From Promethearchaeota archaeon (GTDB taxonomy: Archaea > Asgardarchaeota > Lokiarchaeia > Sigyniarchaeales > SOKP01): 64,000 nt of DNA. The translations under genes and the position numbers were made by a program. Below, piece after piece: positions 21,616 to 30,875 of the stretch. The DNA lies in NCBI GenBank assembly GCA_019058365.1, contig JAHPZE010000003.1:160001-224000 (forward strand). Direction: 5' to 3'. The notes beneath the pieces are model-generated. The model made no database searches. It was not told the origin of the DNA and worked only from the letters and a program-made list of their open reading frames with translations. Within the stretch, counting starts at the first letter, position 1. Each line of letters begins with the position of its first letter.

Positions 21616-22842
21616 ATGTTTAAATTAAAAAGAAACGGATCAAAATCATATTTTAATATAAATTATGTTTCATTTGTATTTATATATTTAACCTATTCAT
21701 CTATATTTGTTTTTCTTAATAAATTTCTTCCAATTCTCTTTTTTGATGTATTAGATATTAATAGAATTATTCTTGCATTAATGCAGTTTCTTGCTTATTC
21801 CATATTATTATTACGTCCTGTTTTAGCTACAATAACAGATAACTTCAGAATTAAGGGTTATCAACGGAAATATTATATTATTCTTTCTGGATATTTATTA
21901 GCGTTATTCTACATTCTTATTGGGTTTAACTTCAATAATATTTTAATGTTTGGAGTCCTTTTATGTTTGATTTATATTTCAAGTATGATGCTAGATGTTT
22001 GTTCAAAATCCTTAGTTATTGATATTTCACCAACTAACGTAATAAAAAAAAGAAACCTCTTTTTTGTGTCTTTAGGCGAAGCTTTAGGAAATTTTTTTCC
22101 TTTCTTTTTATTCTTTCTTCTTATCAATGATGTTCATTCAATAAATTCTTGGGAAACTATGATTTACTGTAGCTTTCTTTTATTAATACCTTTATTAAGT
22201 ATTTTGCCATTTATTATTGAGAGAAGGCAATGGAATCCTCAAGTCATCGAAAAGCCCGAAAGGATTGAAATTTCTGAAGAAATTAGTCTAAATTCTAATC
22301 ATAAACCTAAATTAACATTCATTTTACTCTGCATTTTTATCTTTTTTGCATTTAGCGATGTAATTTTCGCATATCCTTTTTTTCCTTATCTAATACACAA
22401 ATTTGGACTCAATAACTTTAATATATTTAATCTCTTTTTAAGCTTTTATTTTCTCATAAGTATAGTGAGTAGTGCAATTGGTGGATTTCTTGTTAAAAAA
22501 GCAAAACCTAAAATTATTATATTCATTCTAATCCCAATAATCGGAATTATTTATTTGATGTATATAATTGTCCCTTTTACATATTTTACTATATTATATT
22601 TTTTAGGATGCTCTTTAGGGACAATTGCTAACTTTAACATTACAGTATATATTATGAAGTTTAAACAAGGAGATAAATCAGTCTATTTTCACCTTATAGC
22701 ATCCTTCAGACATCTAGCATGCTTCATTTTTATTCCATTAGGAACTCTACTTTCCAGTTTTATAATTACTGAATATCTTATTATCATTGGTGCTATATTG
22801 TTGAATATCTCAATCCTTCCTTTAATTTTTGTAAAACTCTAA
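21616..22842 (+). CDS. MFS transporter (AmpG/BT1-like), candidate RiPP exporter
   Basis: About 12 TM segments; RPVLATITDNFRIKGYQRKYY motif-A region; convergent with ycaO. Confidence 0.85.
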   Translation: MFKLKRNGSKSYFNINYVSFVFIYLTYSSIFVFLNKFLPILFFDVLDINRIILALMQFLAYSILLLRPVLATITDNFRIKGYQRKYYIILSGYLLALFYILIGFNFNNILMFGVLLCLIYISSMMLDVCSKSLVIDISPTNVIKKRNLFFVSLGEALGNFFPFFLFFLLINDVHSINSWETMIYCSFLLLIPLLSILPFIIERRQWNPQVIEKPERIEISEEISLNSNHKPKLTFILLCIFIFFAFSDVIFAYPFFPYLIHKFGLNNFNIFNLFLSFYFLISIVSSAIGGFLVKKAKPKIIIFILIPIIGIIYLMYIIVPFTYFTILYFLGCSLGTIANFNITVYIMKFKQGDKSVYFHLIASFRHLACFIFIPLGTLLSSFIITEYLIIIGAILLNISILPLIFVKL

Positions 22843-22879
22843 AAAAATTAAAAGAAATATTTTTATGATAATTATAATT

Positions 22880-24649
22880 TCAACAAAAGAAATCTTGGAT
22901 CTTATGATCATAGTGATTTTTAATAACCTTGAAAAGATCCGGATATTTAGATGTAATTTTTTTCTCGATAAATTCAAGTAAACCATATCTACATGTTCGC
23001 ACATGCCTGCAATTATTACATTCTTGATGACAATTTGGAATCAATTTTTCTAGCCTTGTTAAGAGTTTTTTTGAAAAATCTTTAAATGGTTCATTTTTAA
23101 ACGTAATTGGGATCTCATTGGATTTCCTTAATTTCCAAAATTTTTTAAAGAGATCAGAATTGCCGTAAGCTAAACAAAGCAAAGAAAAAAACTCCCATGT
23201 AGATATTCGTCTTAGAGCAAGTGTATCAATTCCTAGAAATGTTGAAAGGTTATAATTTTTTATCACTACATAAATCAACGATTCAGATCTAGATAATATT
23301 TCTAAGTCAATTGATTGGATATCTCTTATATTTGTTATGAGTATTTTCTTTAGCTTAAATACTTGATCTGGCATGTATAAGAGATAATCAAGTATGCAAC
23401 ATTCGAGTTCTGGAACAAATAATCTTATTGTAGGAAAACCAAGCCAATTATAGTCTCTCATATAAATATACCAACCATTTTTTCTACAAAATTCTGTAAG
23501 ATTTTTTAGTTCAACAAGAAAATTTTTATCACTATAATCCCATTTCTTAAAACTTCCAAAATTTACAATTAGAAATTCTAATTTTTTTGAAGGATACATT
23601 TGCTGGACTTCAAATCTATATTTGAAAAAACCTTCTAATGGGAAATAGTTGTTTATTTCGGGAAAAACTTTATACAATTTTGAAATACTTAATAAATAGC
23701 GTTTAGTATATCTTAATCTAATTTTATGAAATGGAAAGACTTGTAATTTTTCGGTAAAACATCGCTCAATTGCGAAATTAATGGAAGTAGCTGCGGATAT
23801 ATGAAATTCCAGTTTATCGATCTGTTTATGGTGAAAAACTACACCGACTACAGGGATTCCTTTGTTTAAGCTCAAATCTTTTACAATAATATCAATATTC
23901 TCTTTATTAAATTTCTGTATAATTTCTTTATTATTATTTGAAATATATTCTGATGGTATTGTAGGGCATTTTATATTATCAGAAATTACTTTTATTATAG
24001 TATAAGTTTCGAAAATCTCACATAAAGCTTGCACAAAAGCTTCTTCGTATGAATTTCCCGAGGCACATCCTTTAGTTGAGGATAAGAAAATAGTATCAAG
24101 AAAAACTTCTTCATTTGTATAAACATTCTTAAATGGGAGATACATCTTATTGTATCCATCCCAATTAGGTAAGTATGGATTGTTTTTTCGTGTTTTTTTA
24201 AAAATTCTCTCATTTAATTCTTTATCTTTCTCGGATATCTCTGTATTAAATATAGGACAAATCTTTGGTTTTAATAGGTTTCGTGAAAACCACCACCCAA
24301 TTTGAATTCTTTCTATTAATTCAGCATATCCACTAGCAACACTAGCCTCTAAAGTCGTACCTTTCCCAAAGGAATTATATAGAATAAAATCATTACTAAC
24401 CTCTAAAGCATGACTGAGATTTGTACTAGTGATCCATATATCTTCGATTGAACTTGTATAAGAAGAATGCTCAACAAATTTATTTCTTTTTAAGAAAAAT
24501 TTTAATGATTTTGTTATATTCTGAATGGTTTCTTGAAATGAAACGGCTTTATAACCATTCACTTTTTCAGAATTTCTAAAACCATTAAACTTTGGATAAA
24601 AAATATGTGTTCTATCCTGTTTAAAATAGGATTTATCAATTATTGTCAT
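22880..24649 (-). CDS. ycaO: YcaO-family ATP-dependent peptide backbone-modifying enzyme with C-terminal Cys cluster
   Basis: GKGTTLEASVASGYAELIER, STKGCASGNSYEEAFVQALCEIFE, DLSLNKGIPVVGV, AIERCFTE, LGFPTIRLFVP; C-terminal CxxxCxxCxxxxxC. Confidence 0.92.
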   Translation of the reverse strand: MTIIDKSYFKQDRTHIFYPKFNGFRNSEKVNGYKAVSFQETIQNITKSLKFFLKRNKFVEHSSYTSSIEDIWITSTNLSHALEVSNDFILYNSFGKGTTLEASVASGYAELIERIQIGWWFSRNLLKPKICPIFNTEISEKDKELNERIFKKTRKNNPYLPNWDGYNKMYLPFKNVYTNEEVFLDTIFLSSTKGCASGNSYEEAFVQALCEIFETYTIIKVISDNIKCPTIPSEYISNNNKEIIQKFNKENIDIIVKDLSLNKGIPVVGVVFHHKQIDKLEFHISAATSINFAIERCFTEKLQVFPFHKIRLRYTKRYLLSISKLYKVFPEINNYFPLEGFFKYRFEVQQMYPSKKLEFLIVNFGSFKKWDYSDKNFLVELKNLTEFCRKNGWYIYMRDYNWLGFPTIRLFVPELECCILDYLLYMPDQVFKLKKILITNIRDIQSIDLEILSRSESLIYVVIKNYNLSTFLGIDTLALRRISTWEFFSLLCLAYGNSDLFKKFWKLRKSNEIPITFKNEPFKDFSKKLLTRLEKLIPNCHQECNNCRHVRTCRYGLLEFIEKKITSKYPDLFKVIKNHYDHKIQDFFC

Positions 24650-24814
24650 ATTCTTATTACATGTTTATTTATTTCTATAAAATTTCTATAAGTCAAACAA
24701 ATTTCTAATTTCAATTTAAACTCCTAAAAACCTAAAAAATTTGAAAAATGATTTCAGTTTTTCAAAATAGTAGTTAAAAAATAAATATAAAACAGTTTTA
24801 GGACACGAGAAGTT

Positions 24815-24840
24815 AGAAAAGAAGAAATAAAAAGAAGAAA
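24815..24840 (-). terminator. Oligo-U/pyrimidine tract after precursor ORF
   Basis: Minus strand TTTCTTCTTTTTATTTCTTCTTTTCT about 30 nt after the stop codon. Confidence 0.45.
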
Positions 24841-24869
24841 TATAGTAATTTAATTTGATAGTGATTTAC

Positions 24870-25010
24870 TTAATATGGAAATCCAGTTCTGCCATGAGGG
24901 ACTTGAAAGCGTGGGCATCCCTTACCGCCATGAGGGACTTGAAAGCGTGGGCATCCCTTACCGCCATGAGGAATCGTAAATAAATCAAATATCATCTCAT
25001 TGCTATTCAT
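24870..25010 (-). CDS. Putative multi-core RiPP precursor peptide (46 aa; not in ORF track)
   Basis: MNSNEMIFDLFTIPHGGKGCPRFQVPHGGKGCPRFQVPHGRTGFPY; co-oriented and directly upstream of ycaO; repeat period is a multiple of 3; TATA-like box upstream, U-tract downstream. Confidence 0.8.
   Translation of the reverse strand: MNSNEMIFDLFTIPHGGKGCPRFQVPHGGKGCPRFQVPHGRTGFPY
24891..24971. repeat. Perfect 36-bp tandem repeat (2.25 copies)
   Basis: GCCATGAGGGACTTGAAAGCGTGGGCATCCCTTACC at 24891 and 24927, then GCCATGAGG at 24963. Confidence 0.98.
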
Positions 25011-25079
25011 CTTTATTAAACCCTAATTATTAAATAATGAATTAATTAGTCATTATTCAATAACTTATGTTATCTCATA

Positions 25080-25087
25080 TATTTAAA
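25080..25087 (-). promoter_or_regulatory. Candidate TATA box for precursor gene
   Basis: TTTAAATA on minus strand, preceded by an A-rich BRE-like stretch, 70 bp upstream of the ATG. Confidence 0.4.
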
Positions 25088-25224
25088 GTTCTAATATTTT
25101 CCTACACCTAGAGACAGGTAATAAAAAATAAAAGAAAGTAAAGTAAATCCTTAAATTGAAATAGAATTAAGTTAAATTATTTAAAAGAAAATCAACTTTT
25201 TTTTCTTAAATATAACGTTCTCTT

Positions 25225-28200
25225 TTGCAGATAATGGATTTCATAAATGAATTTGAACATCTAAAAAGGCTTTCATTAGGTAAAGAGCTCGAAGATATTG
25301 ATATAATTTTTCAAAAGTATATAGATTCTATATATAACTATTTAAAGTTAGAACCTGTTCATAAAAATGTGAGAATACACCTCTTGGAAAAAGAAAATTT
25401 ATTAAAAGAAGAAAAGGAAATTAATCCCTTTGATATTGGGGTTGCTCGATTCATCCAAGACAAAATCTTACATTTAGAGATCTCTCAAAAATATACTGAA
25501 TTTTTACCGTATATCTTATTAAGAGAAGCATATTATATTTTTCTTCCGAAAAGAAGTGTATCTGTTGAGATAGCAGTAAATTCATTTATAGAAAAGGATT
25601 TACAAGATTTAGATGAGATTGGCAAGTGGCAATCAATGATTCGAGAATGCTTTATCCATGATGATTCTGTGAGTAAAATTATGACGGCTTTTGAAAAATT
25701 ACATCTGGAAGTAGCAGACTTATGTAAAATATTTTTTAATATGGTTAGGAATAATATTTCCCTAATTGATAAAGACATGGATGATTTAGTTACTCGACTT
25801 CAAGAAGAAATAATGTCTAAACTCTCAAAAATTTTCTATAACGATGAAATGGTTGAGACTTTGAGAGTCCTCATCGAAATATTTTATAGAGTTAAACAAT
25901 ACACCGCATTATTGAATTATCAGGAACATTTTAAAATCTATAAAGAAAAAAATATAATAAAGAGTGATTTGAGTTTAAGGAAATTTACATCAAATATGAA
26001 ATTAATAAGCAATAATTCTCTACTTAGCCCTAGTTATCTAACCCGGTGGAATACAATCGATGTATTTGTTTGTTTCTGTTATATGAGATTCCATCCTAAA
26101 ATAACTGTTTCTCAGATAAATAGGATTTTAAAAACCTTTCCTTTTTTTCTAGAACCCAGAACTGCTTACTCTTCTGGCTTTTGTCCAGATATTTTTGGAT
26201 TTTTCATTTTACCAAGAGTCTACTTTTTAGATTTTATAGGCATATTAAACAGAATGAAAAATAATAATTATTTGACTAAATTATCTGTTTATAGGCTTAA
26301 CTATTTCTTTAATTTTGCTAACTTAAATTTTCTTAGGAGTTTTCATAAATATGAATCTCTTATTAATCCCTTTCACAATCAATATGATATTAAATTTGAG
26401 ATAAATTATTTCTTAAACTATGGTGAAAATTTTCATCAGAAAGAATTAGATCTGCTTGATTTTTTGATTTTAGATAGAATTAGGTTCTTTTCTACAAATT
26501 CATTTGGATTTGAAAGAAGAGCTAATACTTTAACAGACCTAAAAAAAAGTATTATTGAAGAAGTTACATATCAAAGAAATCTTATTATCGATATTAAAGA
26601 ACTTGCCAAAAAAATTTCTGAAAAACCAAAAATTAAATCCAATTTTCTTAAATTTTTAGATACCAACCAAACTTATGGACTATTTTATATTAAAAATGTC
26701 TTAGATTCACTACTAACAATATTGATCTTTATTGAAATATTTTTCATAAAAAATCCGAATATTAAAAACACATTTAATTTTAAAGAATGGATTAAGAAGC
26801 ATGGATTATCTAATCTAATTGAGAGTAATCTATTTTTAAAAAAAAAATTTATAAAAACACTGATTTTTAATGACTTCGTACCGCTTTATTTTAATTCTAA
26901 AGAAAAATTCAAGGAGAAATTAAACGAATACAAGATATACAATCAATTCATAGATATATGTTTCAATCTTAAAACATTCAATTTAAAAGTCATAAAACAG
27001 ATTGTTGAAAATCCGGAAACTTTGAAAAAAGTTTATGAAAAAAAAGAGTTAAAACTAAAAGAGATATATGAAATAGTGAAACTAACAGATATTACAAGTA
27101 AAGAAGTTGAAGAAAGAATAGCAGGATTCCTTAAAAATAAACCACCCATAATAGAACCGTGGTTACTTAACACTCTTGGATATTTATATACGAATATAGA
27201 AGATTTAGTTTTTATAATTAAAAATGATGAAGAAACCTTGAAAAAACTTAATTTAATTAAAAAGTTTTTTCCCTTTTTTATAATCTTTACTTCAACAGAT
27301 TTGATCTCTAATGAGGATATAATTTTTACTGAAGTCAGTTTCCCCAACTTTCATTACCGTGATGCATATCAATTTTATTCCATATTATATAATACATTTA
27401 AGGAAAATCTACTAATCGCTAAGAGATATTTATCTAGTGGATTTACTCCTGTATTTTCTTTAAAATCCTTTTATAATTTCGAGACACGTCAATTCTTTTA
27501 TACTAAAGATTTATTTAAGCAATTCTTTCATTACATACAAAAAACTTTAGGAGAAAATTTTGAGTTTATTCCAATTAAAGATAATAAAATCTTATCAAAA
27601 TTACTCTCAAAAGAAAATAATATGTTTAATTTGGTAAAAACAATAAAAAACAGACAATCAAGAGATAAAATTGATTATAAAATTAAAAACTTAAAAAAAT
27701 TAATAGAATTTAATCTCAATCTTGATAAATCATTAAAAGATTTAGAAAAATATAAAGAAATAAAGCAAGAAACCTTTTTTAAAAAATATGTAAACTCTAT
27801 CCGATTCATTCCCTCTTTTCAACATTTTGGATTTGATCAGTTTTTTTTGTATATTTTCCCGATAGATATGAGTAAAATCGATTTAAAACTTCTATTTCTC
27901 AATAATTTTCAACAAATAAAATGTTCCTCATCAATTGATGCTCCCAATCCATTATTAATTAAATATATCATGCCTAATAACACTCCCAATGATAAATATC
28001 TCCATTGGTTGGTGAAATCAATGAAAGTAATTCAAGAATACTCTTTATTCTCTGTTAAAAAAATTTATAGTTTATTACATTTTGATTACAATCTTGCTGA
28101 AAATGGTTGGGAATATGATGCTGATAAATTTAAAAGCCACTTGGAAAATATTCTCTTTAAGTCGGGTTATGAGATTGAAATTCCTAAAGTGAGAGAATTT

Positions 28201-28857
28201 AATATTTCAAAACAATTAACCTCTTCTTATTATGATCCAAAATCTGAGGAATATGAAACTCTCACCAAAATCTATGGTCGGAAATCCTTGGATATGAAAT
28301 CTTATTTAGGAACAAGAAATTATAAAGTTGTAAACTCAATTAAAAACTTATTAAACAAAAAATTAATATTTCCATATTTATCCCTAAAGAATTTAGGATT
28401 TCAAGATAAACTTCTTATAATTCTTCCCAATATTAAATCCAAATCTAAAGACATTTTATTACAAATATTCAGTTACTTTAATTATGGTTTTATTTATGAA
28501 ATTGAAGGAGAATTTTACATTTATGGATTTGATAAGGAAGTAAAATTTGAGGAAGGATTAATGATAAAACTGTATCTTCCAAAATCCAAGTTTAGCATGT
28601 TTCATAAATTTCTTGAAGTCTTTAATTTATTATTTGAATATTTAGAAATCCCCCATTATTTATTTTTATATGATTTAGTTAACAGTAAGGAGTTAATTAA
28701 ATCGGTTTATGGAAATATTCAGTTCCTAAAACAATATAATCCTTTAAAGAATCTAAAGTGGAATAAAAAGGACAAAATTTGGTTGAATCATAAGGTATTT
28801 ACTCAGAAATTTGAACCTATATATCCAGATTTACTTTATAATAAAGAAGATAATTAG
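25225..28857 (+). CDS. Very large hypothetical protein with repeated Lrp/AsnC-like modules (start may be ATG 25234)
   Basis: 1210 aa; recurring P..xxLG-hydrophobic-strand junctions (PSFQHFGFDQFFLYI, PYLSLKNLGFQDKLLII, PWLLNTLGY). Confidence 0.55.
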   Translation: MQIMDFINEFEHLKRLSLGKELEDIDIIFQKYIDSIYNYLKLEPVHKNVRIHLLEKENLLKEEKEINPFDIGVARFIQDKILHLEISQKYTEFLPYILLREAYYIFLPKRSVSVEIAVNSFIEKDLQDLDEIGKWQSMIRECFIHDDSVSKIMTAFEKLHLEVADLCKIFFNMVRNNISLIDKDMDDLVTRLQEEIMSKLSKIFYNDEMVETLRVLIEIFYRVKQYTALLNYQEHFKIYKEKNIIKSDLSLRKFTSNMKLISNNSLLSPSYLTRWNTIDVFVCFCYMRFHPKITVSQINRILKTFPFFLEPRTAYSSGFCPDIFGFFILPRVYFLDFIGILNRMKNNNYLTKLSVYRLNYFFNFANLNFLRSFHKYESLINPFHNQYDIKFEINYFLNYGENFHQKELDLLDFLILDRIRFFSTNSFGFERRANTLTDLKKSIIEEVTYQRNLIIDIKELAKKISEKPKIKSNFLKFLDTNQTYGLFYIKNVLDSLLTILIFIEIFFIKNPNIKNTFNFKEWIKKHGLSNLIESNLFLKKKFIKTLIFNDFVPLYFNSKEKFKEKLNEYKIYNQFIDICFNLKTFNLKVIKQIVENPETLKKVYEKKELKLKEIYEIVKLTDITSKEVEERIAGFLKNKPPIIEPWLLNTLGYLYTNIEDLVFIIKNDEETLKKLNLIKKFFPFFIIFTSTDLISNEDIIFTEVSFPNFHYRDAYQFYSILYNTFKENLLIAKRYLSSGFTPVFSLKSFYNFETRQFFYTKDLFKQFFHYIQKTLGENFEFIPIKDNKILSKLLSKENNMFNLVKTIKNRQSRDKIDYKIKNLKKLIEFNLNLDKSLKDLEKYKEIKQETFFKKYVNSIRFIPSFQHFGFDQFFLYIFPIDMSKIDLKLLFLNNFQQIKCSSSIDAPNPLLIKYIMPNNTPNDKYLHWLVKSMKVIQEYSLFSVKKIYSLLHFDYNLAENGWEYDADKFKSHLENILFKSGYEIEIPKVREFNISKQLTSSYYDPKSEEYETLTKIYGRKSLDMKSYLGTRNYKVVNSIKNLLNKKLIFPYLSLKNLGFQDKLLIILPNIKSKSKDILLQIFSYFNYGFIYEIEGEFYIYGFDKEVKFEEGLMIKLYLPKSKFSMFHKFLEVFNLLFEYLEIPHYLFLYDLVNSKELIKSVYGNIQFLKQYNPLKNLKWNKKDKIWLNHKVFTQKFEPIYPDLLYNKEDN

Positions 28858-28958
28858 CATATTTTGATATAAATTTGCTATTGACAAGTAAAGAGTGTAG
28901 ACTCATTCAAGTCTTATTTAAAATTAAAATTTGTCTATCTGGCATAGTTTTATAAAAT

Positions 28959-29102
28959 TCACCCATTCCTTTGTTTTACATCATTATTTTGAAAAGAGTC
29001 AATAACTCCACCACAGATAGGGCAATAATTATATTGTGAATCTATTTCTACACACATTCTACAAGATGGGCATCTTATGTATATAATTTTATGAAAATAC
29101 AT
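28959..29102 (-). CDS. Small Zn-ribbon protein (47 aa; not in ORF track)
   Basis: MYFHKIIYIRCPSCRMCVEIDSQYNYCPICGGVIDSFQNNDVKQRNG; CPxC...CPxCG. Confidence 0.6.
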   Translation of the reverse strand: MYFHKIIYIRCPSCRMCVEIDSQYNYCPICGGVIDSFQNNDVKQRNG

Positions 29103-29215
29103 GAAAAATAGTCTATAATCCTCTATTTAAATTCCTACATATTTTTCAAGGTCATAAAATTTAAACATCATATAAGATATTTTTTTAAGTATAAGACATT
29201 TGATAGAGAAAAAAT

Positions 29216-29290
29216 GGACCTATAGCCTAGCCTGGATAGGGCGTCGGACTTCTAATCCGAAAGTCGCAGGTTCGAATCCTGCTAGGTCCG
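29216..29290 (+). tRNA. tRNA-Arg(TCT), intronless
   Basis: Acceptor GGACCTA/TAGGTCC, anticodon arm TCGGA-CT TCT AA-TCCGA, T arm GCAGG TTCGAAT CCTGC. Confidence 0.97.
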
Positions 29291-29293
29291 CTC

Positions 29294-30451
29294 TTATTTT
29301 GATGCTTTTATTTTTAAATCAACAACAACTAATTCAGATTTTGGTGAATAATGCTTTACAATTTTAGAATTAATAATAGACTCAATTTCCCAATTAAATC
29401 GAGTTAATTGTTCCTCAAGATTCTTTAAAGATCTCTCTCTAGGGTTTGGTTTTTCTGAGAATTGATAAAAATGTAAGATCCCACCAGATTCTTTCATTAA
29501 AAAAGTAGCAATATCTAAATATTTGATTGAGTCTTCGGGTAAATTCATGATTATCCTACTTGCTCTATTGTATAGAAGTTGACCTAATTGGTTTTTTGGT
29601 TCAATAAGATCTTTAACATCAATGTTGTTGGGGATAATTCTTCCCTTTAGGTTATTTAACTCGACATTATCTTTCAGATATTGATAAGCATTAGGGTTAA
29701 TATCAAAGGCATAAATTTTGACATTTTTTTCTTTAGCAATTTGAATAGAGAAAGTTCCAACACCAGCAAACATGTCAACAATTATCTCGTCTTCTTGTAT
29801 CTCAGTTGAAGCAATCCTTCTACGTTCGAAAACTAATCTTGGAGAGAAGTATGTATTTTTAACATCAACTTTAAAAATGCAATCATTTTCTTTATGAATT
29901 GTCTTAGAAATATCATCACCATATAAGACCTCTAATTCTCGTAAGCGATATTTTCCTTTTATTTGACTTTTTTTCTCATAAACAGTTTCAACATTTTTAT
30001 TTACACTTGATATTACTTCAGCAATTTTCTGTTTGTAATTATTGAATATTTTGTTATTTATATTATTTAACTTATCAAACTCAATAATAGCTATATGTCC
30101 AACAATATCATATGATTTTGGAATAAATTCTGAATATTTATCAGGTATTTTACCTTCTAATGCTTTCTGAAGGGTTCTATATTTATAATTTTCATTGGGG
30201 AGTCCTTCTTTGGAAATTATTTCAAAATTAATTTCTTTATCTACTAATAAAATTACTTTATCGATTAAATCTTGGTCATTTACTATTGGAAATAATATAT
30301 TGTCATTCTCATGTAAAATTTTAAATTTTTGGTCAATAAATTGGGTATTCTTAAACTTATTTCTTAAAAAGTTAATGAAGGTTTGACCATCTTTCATTTT
30401 TAACTTAATAAATAAGATCTCAGCTTGGCTATTGTTTCCCATTTCTCTCAT
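29294..30451 (-). CDS. trm5: tRNA (guanine37-N1)-methyltransferase Trm5/Met10 family
   Basis: SYDIVGHIAI, YFSPRL..ER, DMFAGVG, RIIMNLP. Confidence 0.9.
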   Translation of the reverse strand: MREMGNNSQAEILFIKLKMKDGQTFINFLRNKFKNTQFIDQKFKILHENDNILFPIVNDQDLIDKVILLVDKEINFEIISKEGLPNENYKYRTLQKALEGKIPDKYSEFIPKSYDIVGHIAIIEFDKLNNINNKIFNNYKQKIAEVISSVNKNVETVYEKKSQIKGKYRLRELEVLYGDDISKTIHKENDCIFKVDVKNTYFSPRLVFERRRIASTEIQEDEIIVDMFAGVGTFSIQIAKEKNVKIYAFDINPNAYQYLKDNVELNNLKGRIIPNNIDVKDLIEPKNQLGQLLYNRASRIIMNLPEDSIKYLDIATFLMKESGGILHFYQFSEKPNPRERSLKNLEEQLTRFNWEIESIINSKIVKHYSPKSELVVVDLKIKASK

Positions 30452-30875
30452 TTATTTCAAATATGATTGATAATTTATTTCCAGGAACTTTTAGCTTTTC
30501 GATTAATTCACGTTTTATATCCTCGGAAGATTTCGTACAATTTATAAGAACTGTTCTATCACAAATAAATGTGCTTTTACGAAAAACCATCTCATTTTTA
30601 TCCAATAATCTTAATTCTTTACTTCCAAAACCATAAAAAGAATCTTGAAGATCTTCTAGTCTTAAAGTGATTTTTATTTTGCTTTCCTCTTGTATTTTTT
30701 TTTTCAAAATGCTATTTAAATCAAAACAAGCTTTTGAGGCATTACTTCCTATGATACAGTTTCCTTTCTTAGTCAAGCTCTTTTCTTTTGTAATTTCTAT
30801 AGTTGTACTATGTGTGCAGAGAATATTTTCGTGTCCATAGGCAGAAATCTTTTCTAATATCGCCATATATTTCAT
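30429..30875 (-). CDS. DUF371 family protein
   Basis: AYGHENILCTHSTTIEITKE..LT..GNCIIG, VFRKSTF. Confidence 0.88.
   Translation of the reverse strand: MKYMAILEKISAYGHENILCTHSTTIEITKEKSLTKKGNCIIGSNASKACFDLNSILKKKIQEESKIKITLRLEDLQDSFYGFGSKELRLLDKNEMVFRKSTFICDRTVLINCTKSSEDIKRELIEKLKVPGNKLSIIFEINERNGKQ

Noticed and set aside
24891-24971. 36-bp repeat as a CRISPR array
   Set aside because: Copies are head-to-tail with no spacers and no cas genes nearby; period fits a coding repeat
24875-24979. Plus-strand 34-aa ORF MEIQFCHEGLESVGIPYRHEGLESVGIPYRHEES
   Set aside because: Antisense shadow of the repeat; opposite to ycaO. Minus-strand ORF has better promoter/terminator context. Not formally excluded
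28959-28961. TGA as selenocysteine
   Set aside because: In-frame TAA follows after two codons; no selenoprotein context
20700-29290. tRNA-Arg-integrated mobile element
   Set aside because: No integrase or transposase, no duplicated tRNA end found, and the region lies 5' of the tRNA
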